From Candidatus Poribacteria bacterium (GTDB lineage: Bacteria; Poribacteria; WGA-4E; PCPOR2b), in contig OZ244042.1 in assembly GCA_965215015.1 (NCBI GenBank), forward strand, positions 5,856,001 to 5,920,000: DNA of 64,000 nucleotides, given 5' to 3'. The notes below the pieces were generated by a model. The model did not search any database. It saw only the letters and a list, made by a program, of their open reading frames with translations, and was not told the origin of the DNA. Position numbers and translations under genes: made by a program. Shown here piece by piece: positions 59,269 to 64,000 of the stretch. Numbering within the stretch: the first letter of the stretch is position 1; every line of letters starts with the position of its first letter.

Positions 59269-60210
59269 TCAGGTATCACAACGCCGGAGAAACCAGTTAA
59301 TGGTTCGGCGCAAACCTGCTTTGAGATCGACCTGGGGTTCATAACCCAGCAGTTGATGCGCTTTGTGGATATCCGCACGAGAATGCCGAACATCACCGGG
59401 ACGCGACGATGTATAGACAGGTCTGGCATCGGTTCCCATCATTTCTCCGATGAGGCTTGCAAGCCTGTTGATTGAGGTCTGCTGGCCACACCCGATGTTA
59501 AAAACCTCTCCTGCAACACCTTCCACATGACACGCGAGAAGGTTGGCATGGACCGCGTTTGCAATATAGGTAAAATCTCTCGACTGTTCGCCATCTCCGT
59601 CGATTGTCGGCGAGTTGCCGTGCAGGTAAGCGTGAATAAATTTAGGGATAACTGCCGAGTATTGAGAAGTTGGATCTTGACGGGGACCGAAGATGTTGAA
59701 ATATCGCAAGGCAACCGTTTCTAAACCGAAAACCTGCGTGAAAACTCGACAGTAGCATTCACCAACGTATTTAGTGATAGCGTAAGGGGAGGCAGGTTGT
59801 GGGGAGAGTGCCTCAGATCTGGGAAGTGTCGGTATATTTCCGTAAGCTGATGAGGACGCTGCATAGACAACACGCTTTACCCCTCTATCCCTTGCTGCAA
59901 CAAGGAGGTTCAAAGTGCCGTTGATGTTCACATTGTTGCTCAAAATAGGATCTGCAACAGATCTGGCGACTGAAGGTCGGGCACCTTGATGGAAAACATA
60001 GTCGATACCTGCAACCGCCTGATATACAGCCTCCAGTTCCCGCAGGTCTCCATCTATAAATTCAATTTGACCTTTGAGATGCGCGATGTTCTCGGCTTTA
60101 CCTGTTGAGCAGTTATCGAACACACGCACACGCTCCCCTTTTTGCACAAGGGCCTCAACAAGGTGGGATCCAATGAATCCACAGCCGCCTGTAACCAAAT
60201 AATGTGCCAT
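59269..60210 (-). CDS. NAD-dependent UDP-sugar 4-epimerase (extended SDR, WbpP-like)
   Basis: TGGCGFIGS, ASSSAYG, YAITK (YxxxK), RYFNIFGPRQDP. Confidence 0.93.
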   Translation of the reverse strand: MAHYLVTGGCGFIGSHLVEALVQKGERVRVFDNCSTGKAENIAHLKGQIEFIDGDLRELEAVYQAVAGIDYVFHQGARPSVARSVADPILSNNVNINGTLNLLVAARDRGVKRVVYAASSSAYGNIPTLPRSEALSPQPASPYAITKYVGECYCRVFTQVFGLETVALRYFNIFGPRQDPTSQYSAVIPKFIHAYLHGNSPTIDGDGEQSRDFTYIANAVHANLLACHVEGVAGEVFNIGCGQQTSINRLASLIGEMMGTDARPVYTSSRPGDVRHSRADIHKAHQLLGYEPQVDLKAGLRRTINWFLRRCDT

Positions 60211-60328
60211 TAAAATTCTCCGGTTTTAACGTTTCGTTACCCCTACGCCGTTTTGGGTTAAGGGTAGAGCGGCACTGTTAGTTGCTCGCAGCAAAATCCC
60301 AATCCCTTGAGGCCCTATATTTAAGGGA

Positions 60329-60925
60329 CTACTCGATTTCTTCCTGATTAAGAATATCTTCAATCTCCTCCATTGAGGGGAGTACTGACAAATCTTTCAA
60401 TCCAAACTGTTCCAGAAACTCATCAGTGGTTGCCAGGAGAAGTGAGCGTCCTGGACCGGGCTTCCGTCCAGCGATCCGAACCATCCGCTTTTCGATTAGT
60501 GAATTCAGGACACTATCGCTGTTAACGCCTCGAATTTCTTCAACTTCGGATCGCGTCACAGGTTGTTTGTAAGCAACGATAGCGAGGGCTTCTAGAGCGG
60601 AGGGCGAGAGCTTGACGCGGACCTGGCGCGTATAGAATTTTTCAATCCACTGGTGGTACGCGGGGTGTGTACAGATTTGAAACCCATTGGCAATCTCGAT
60701 AAGCTGAAAGCTGCGACCTGTTTCCCGATACTCGTCCTGCATCCGCATGAGTTCTTGGCGGATTTGCCGGGGGGATACGTCGTCGAACAGTTGGCTGAAC
60801 TCCTCCAACGAGATTGGCTCATTGGCAGCGAACAGAATCGCTTCGAGGATTGATTTGATTTCGTCTAGGTTAGGTACTAACGTGTTAGTTGCATCTACGG
60901 TGATGGCATGTTTGATGTCAAGCAT
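60329..60925 (-). CDS. scpB: SMC-Scp complex subunit ScpB
   Basis: LEAILFA, LSPSALEALAIVAYKQPVTR, IRGV, TTDEFLEQFGL. Confidence 0.95.
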   Translation of the reverse strand: MLDIKHAITVDATNTLVPNLDEIKSILEAILFAANEPISLEEFSQLFDDVSPRQIRQELMRMQDEYRETGRSFQLIEIANGFQICTHPAYHQWIEKFYTRQVRVKLSPSALEALAIVAYKQPVTRSEVEEIRGVNSDSVLNSLIEKRMVRIAGRKPGPGRSLLLATTDEFLEQFGLKDLSVLPSMEEIEDILNQEEIE

Positions 60926-61114
60926 GGGCGAAGCTCCATTGGACTTAGGATCGGTGTTCAGGATGTGGTTTTGATGAATTAAATTCGACTTTTTGGAAGT
61001 TATCTAGCCCCTTCTCTGGTGAAAGCCTTGAATGTTCGCTTCAACATAATCAGTGATCTCCTGTTGTGTAAGGGGTTTCATATTGAGCGTCCTCTATGCG
61101 ATAAATGTGGCGTT

Positions 61115-61882
61115 TTACGTTCCACGCTTCACAAGATAGATGTTATCGAAATGCCCCGATTGCACAGCGACGATTCGCTGGAGGCGGATTAACTCCAAAG
61201 TTGCTAAAAATGTAACGATTCGCTCAAGCTTGCTAGCAAACTCTGAAAACAGTTCATCAAACCGGATCTGCTCACCGTCGTTAAGTCTACGCTCTAGAAA
61301 CTCCATCTTCTCTTCAACGGTGATCTGTTCTTCCTGGACCTCCTCATAATAGTCATCAACTGCAAATTGCTGCTCGGTTACACCCTTGAAGGCGGAAAGG
61401 AGATCGAAGAGCGTTGCTTTAATCTGTACATCTCGCAACTCTTCTCCACCTGCGTATGGGTCTACATTGCGGCCGTGGATTTTCTCACGATTCGTTGCAT
61501 AATAATCTAGCACTTGGGCAGCTTCCTTAAACTGCTTGTACTCCAAAAGCTGTTTGACCAGTTCTGCCCTGTCTTTGAAGGTGTAGGATTCATCTGAGGC
61601 TACTACCGGCAAAATACTCTGAGATTTAAGATACAGCAATGTAGCTGCCATGACCAGGAATTCGGAGGCAACATCAAGATCTAGCATCTCCATGAGATTG
61701 AGATATTCCAGATACTGTTCCGTAACTTCTGCAATTGAGATGTCCGTAATCTCCATCTCATTTCTTTGGATTAGATGGAGCAGCAAATCCAGAGGCCCTT
61801 CAAAGATATCTAGCTTAATTGCATAAATAGGTTTTAGCGGTTGAGACGTCTCAGTTGAGGTAGCTGATGCTATTGGTTGCAT
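61115..61882 (-). CDS. scpA: segregation/condensation protein A
   Basis: FEGPLDLLLHLI, EFLVMAATL..LKS, LLEYKQFK, VTFLATLEL. Confidence 0.95.
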   Translation of the reverse strand: MQPIASATSTETSQPLKPIYAIKLDIFEGPLDLLLHLIQRNEMEITDISIAEVTEQYLEYLNLMEMLDLDVASEFLVMAATLLYLKSQSILPVVASDESYTFKDRAELVKQLLEYKQFKEAAQVLDYYATNREKIHGRNVDPYAGGEELRDVQIKATLFDLLSAFKGVTEQQFAVDDYYEEVQEEQITVEEKMEFLERRLNDGEQIRFDELFSEFASKLERIVTFLATLELIRLQRIVAVQSGHFDNIYLVKRGT

Positions 61883-61980
61883 ACATGAATTCCTTGGACA
61901 ATCATTAAACCTCACGAAGCTTTCAAATAGAGGAGATCTAATCTGTCGAGCAATGCAATCAGTCTTTTTGTAAAATTGAT

Positions 61981-62988
61981 TTACCAGACTAACTTCATTG
62001 CGGATCGAACTTCTGCCATCGTTTCTTGAGCGACCTGTTTTGCCCGCTTGGCTCCTTCAGCGAGGATATCACGAACGCTTCTCGGCTTGGACGCCCACTC
62101 TGCCCGTTTTTCGTAAAATGGGGTCAACTGAGTGATTAGCTTTTCGCTGAGATTCCGTTTGCAGTCGACACACCCGATTGCGGCGGAACGGCAGTCCTTA
62201 TCAATCTGCGGCACTTCGTCGGAGTTGTAGACCCGATGATATGCAAAAACAGGACAGACCTCGGGATTGCCAGGATCATTGCGACGTACCCGTCCTGGGT
62301 CTGTTACCATTTTCATCAGGTTTTGCTGCGTTGCCCGAGGGGGATCTGATAACTGAATGGCGTTACCATAGCTCTTACTCATCTTGCGACCATCAAGCCC
62401 CGGCAACTCAGAGGCTGCTGTGAGCATCGGCTTCGGTTCCGGGAACACCTCTCCGTAGAGGTGGTTAAATCGGCGAGCAATTTCCCGCGAAATTTCAAGA
62501 TGGGTGACATTATCCGCTCCGACCGTTACCATTTCTGCCTTGTAAACAATAATATCTGCCGTCATCAACACCGGGTATTCTAATAAGCCCGTTGAGGGGC
62601 CCTCGCGTTGAGCGATGTCCTGGGCTTTGTCTTTGTACGTTGGACACCGTTCAAGCCAAGATACCGGCGTAACCATCGTGAGCAAGGTAGAGAGCTCCGC
62701 ATGTTCGACAACATGCGATTGAACGAAGAGAGTGCTCTTTTCTGGATCGATCCCCGCGCTCAGCCAGTCAATTGCTGCTTGCAACGTGTACTCAGGAAGG
62801 TTTGAGGTATCGGTCACATCGGTGAGCGAGTGCCAATCCGCGATAAACGGATAACATTCGTATTTGTCTTGCAGACTTGCTGTGTGCATCAACATCCCTT
62901 CCAGATGCCCAATATGTAGCAGTCCTGTTGGACGAACTCCGGTCACTAATCGCGTTTTTTGCATTTCTGTTATTGCCTCCGAATTCAT
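61981..62988 (-). CDS. trpS: tryptophanyl-tRNA synthetase
   Basis: RPTG..HIGH, YPVLMTADI, KMSKS. Confidence 0.97.
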   Translation of the reverse strand: MNSEAITEMQKTRLVTGVRPTGLLHIGHLEGMLMHTASLQDKYECYPFIADWHSLTDVTDTSNLPEYTLQAAIDWLSAGIDPEKSTLFVQSHVVEHAELSTLLTMVTPVSWLERCPTYKDKAQDIAQREGPSTGLLEYPVLMTADIIVYKAEMVTVGADNVTHLEISREIARRFNHLYGEVFPEPKPMLTAASELPGLDGRKMSKSYGNAIQLSDPPRATQQNLMKMVTDPGRVRRNDPGNPEVCPVFAYHRVYNSDEVPQIDKDCRSAAIGCVDCKRNLSEKLITQLTPFYEKRAEWASKPRSVRDILAEGAKRAKQVAQETMAEVRSAMKLVW

Positions 62989-63001
62989 CTGTCTCTCAGA
63001 C

Positions 63002-63688
63002 TCATCTCAAACCCACGAGGGTTGCGATCAGATTGAAAATACCGTAAGAAGCTGTCCCAATAAACCAGAAAACCGGGTTAGGGAGACGTAGCAGGTCAGG
63101 CACAAAAATAATGCACATTAGAATGATCATCCCGTAGGGACGTAGCCTTGCGAACGCTTGCGCCTGCCGCCACGGCAGCAACCCATATACGACACTAAAT
63201 CCGTCAAGTGGGAACAGCGGTAGCATGTTAAATGCTGCCAGAAAGATACTGATAAGCGCACTCTGGAGCAGTAGGATGCTGTAGATTTGAAATTGGGGGA
63301 CCGATCCACTTTCAGGGAATCCAATTGTCACCTTTAAGAGTTTAGCGATACCCAAGATGACGATAGTACAAAGAATATTCATGGCGGGCCCCGCTGCTGC
63401 AATAATCATAAGATCGCGTTTGGGGTTTCTCAAGTTGCGCGGATTCACAGGCACAGGTTTCGCCCAACCAAAAAAAACTCCGCCAAATAAAGTACCAAGT
63501 AACGGCAGAATGATTGTTCCAATTAGATCGATATGTACCGCGGGGTTGAATGACATTCTACCTTCATCTTCAGCGGTCGGATCGCCAAGCATGTTGGCGG
63601 ATTTTGCATGTCCCCATTCATGAAAAGTGAGCAAGACGATAAATTGACAGACACGCAGGATGGCTTCATAGGGGTCAATGTTAAACAT
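63002..63688 (-). CDS. site-2 protease (peptidase M50)
   Basis: HEWGH, GWAKPVP, AGPAMN, FNMLPLFPLDG. Confidence 0.93.
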   Translation of the reverse strand: MFNIDPYEAILRVCQFIVLLTFHEWGHAKSANMLGDPTAEDEGRMSFNPAVHIDLIGTIILPLLGTLFGGVFFGWAKPVPVNPRNLRNPKRDLMIIAAAGPAMNILCTIVILGIAKLLKVTIGFPESGSVPQFQIYSILLLQSALISIFLAAFNMLPLFPLDGFSVVYGLLPWRQAQAFARLRPYGMIILMCIIFVPDLLRLPNPVFWFIGTASYGIFNLIATLVGLR

Positions 63689-64000
63689 TATTTTTCACTA
63701 TCCAAAAGTTGGTAAATCTCCTGTTTGGTCGATACTGTTCCGTCTAATTGTGCGGCAAATGCTTTCCCCAGCAAATCCGAGAACGCTTGGCTCGGTTCTA
63801 AGCCCCGTCGAATGAGGTCATCGCCGGTAATTAAGGGTTGAACACCTCTCAAGTGTGTCAGATAATTCCTAATCTTCGCCACGCGCCAATTGGATTGGTT
63901 CGGTTGCATCAGCACAAAAACGAGCGACTCTAGGGGATAACTATTCAACAACTGATAGACTTCACTCGGCTTGGAAGATGCCGAAAGGGAGTCCAAAGCA
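63688..64000 (-). CDS. C-terminus of a tRNA nucleotidyltransferase (CCA/poly(A) polymerase family), truncated by the window edge
   Basis: KPSEVY..L, PLITGDDL...G..P, AQLDG; located upstream of S2P-trpS-scpAB. Confidence 0.7.
   Translation of the reverse strand, partial: ALDSLSASSKPSEVYQLLNSYPLESLVFVLMQPNQSNWRVAKIRNYLTHLRGVQPLITGDDLIRRGLEPSQAFSDLLGKAFAAQLDGTVSTKQEIYQLLDSEK

Noticed and set aside
61004-61006. Pyrrolysine or programmed amber readthrough into scpB
   Set aside because: No pyl genes in the window, other genes here use TAG as a normal stop, and scpB has its own ATG.

Overview
Bacterial genomic window of moderate GC; most genes after 4.8 kb are on the minus strand. The gene repertoire and repeat-dense intergenic DNA resemble Candidatus Poribacteria-type genomes, but this is an unverified inference. 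(1) 1-20 kb holds mixed catabolic enzymes (BKACE, thioesterase, GMC oxidoreductase, MetE-like, HyuA, CocE/NonD, AKR, creatininase-like, enolase-superfamily, amidohydrolase), a frameshifted macrodomain gene and a TonB-dependent receptor. (2) 20.3-36.7 kb is a defence island: an N6-adenine methyltransferase and a PLD-nuclease/SNF2-helicase bracket about 9.5 kb of cargo with its own sigma70 promoter. The cargo is a TIR protein, a ThsB-like TIR plus a 3-TM protein (no ThsA), an ABC-ATPase plus TOPRIM-like nuclease, a triple tandem array of membrane-anchored variable coiled-coil genes interleaved with internally deleted relics of the nuclease gene, an AlbA/Schlafen-HATPase, an NDT and an orphan antitoxin-like gene. 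(3) 37-64 kb holds a Cys-less exported SOR-like protein, rarA, a probable operon of three paralogous TPR lipoproteins + suhB + RND permease, a 4x beta-sandwich/TolB-like protein, an epimerase, scpB/scpA, trpS, a site-2 protease and a partial CCA-type gene. Intergenic regions are mosaics of several REP/MITE-like repeat families. No tRNA, rRNA, CRISPR array, reverse transcriptase, integrase or transposase was recognised. All family calls come from motif recognition by eye, not from database searches.
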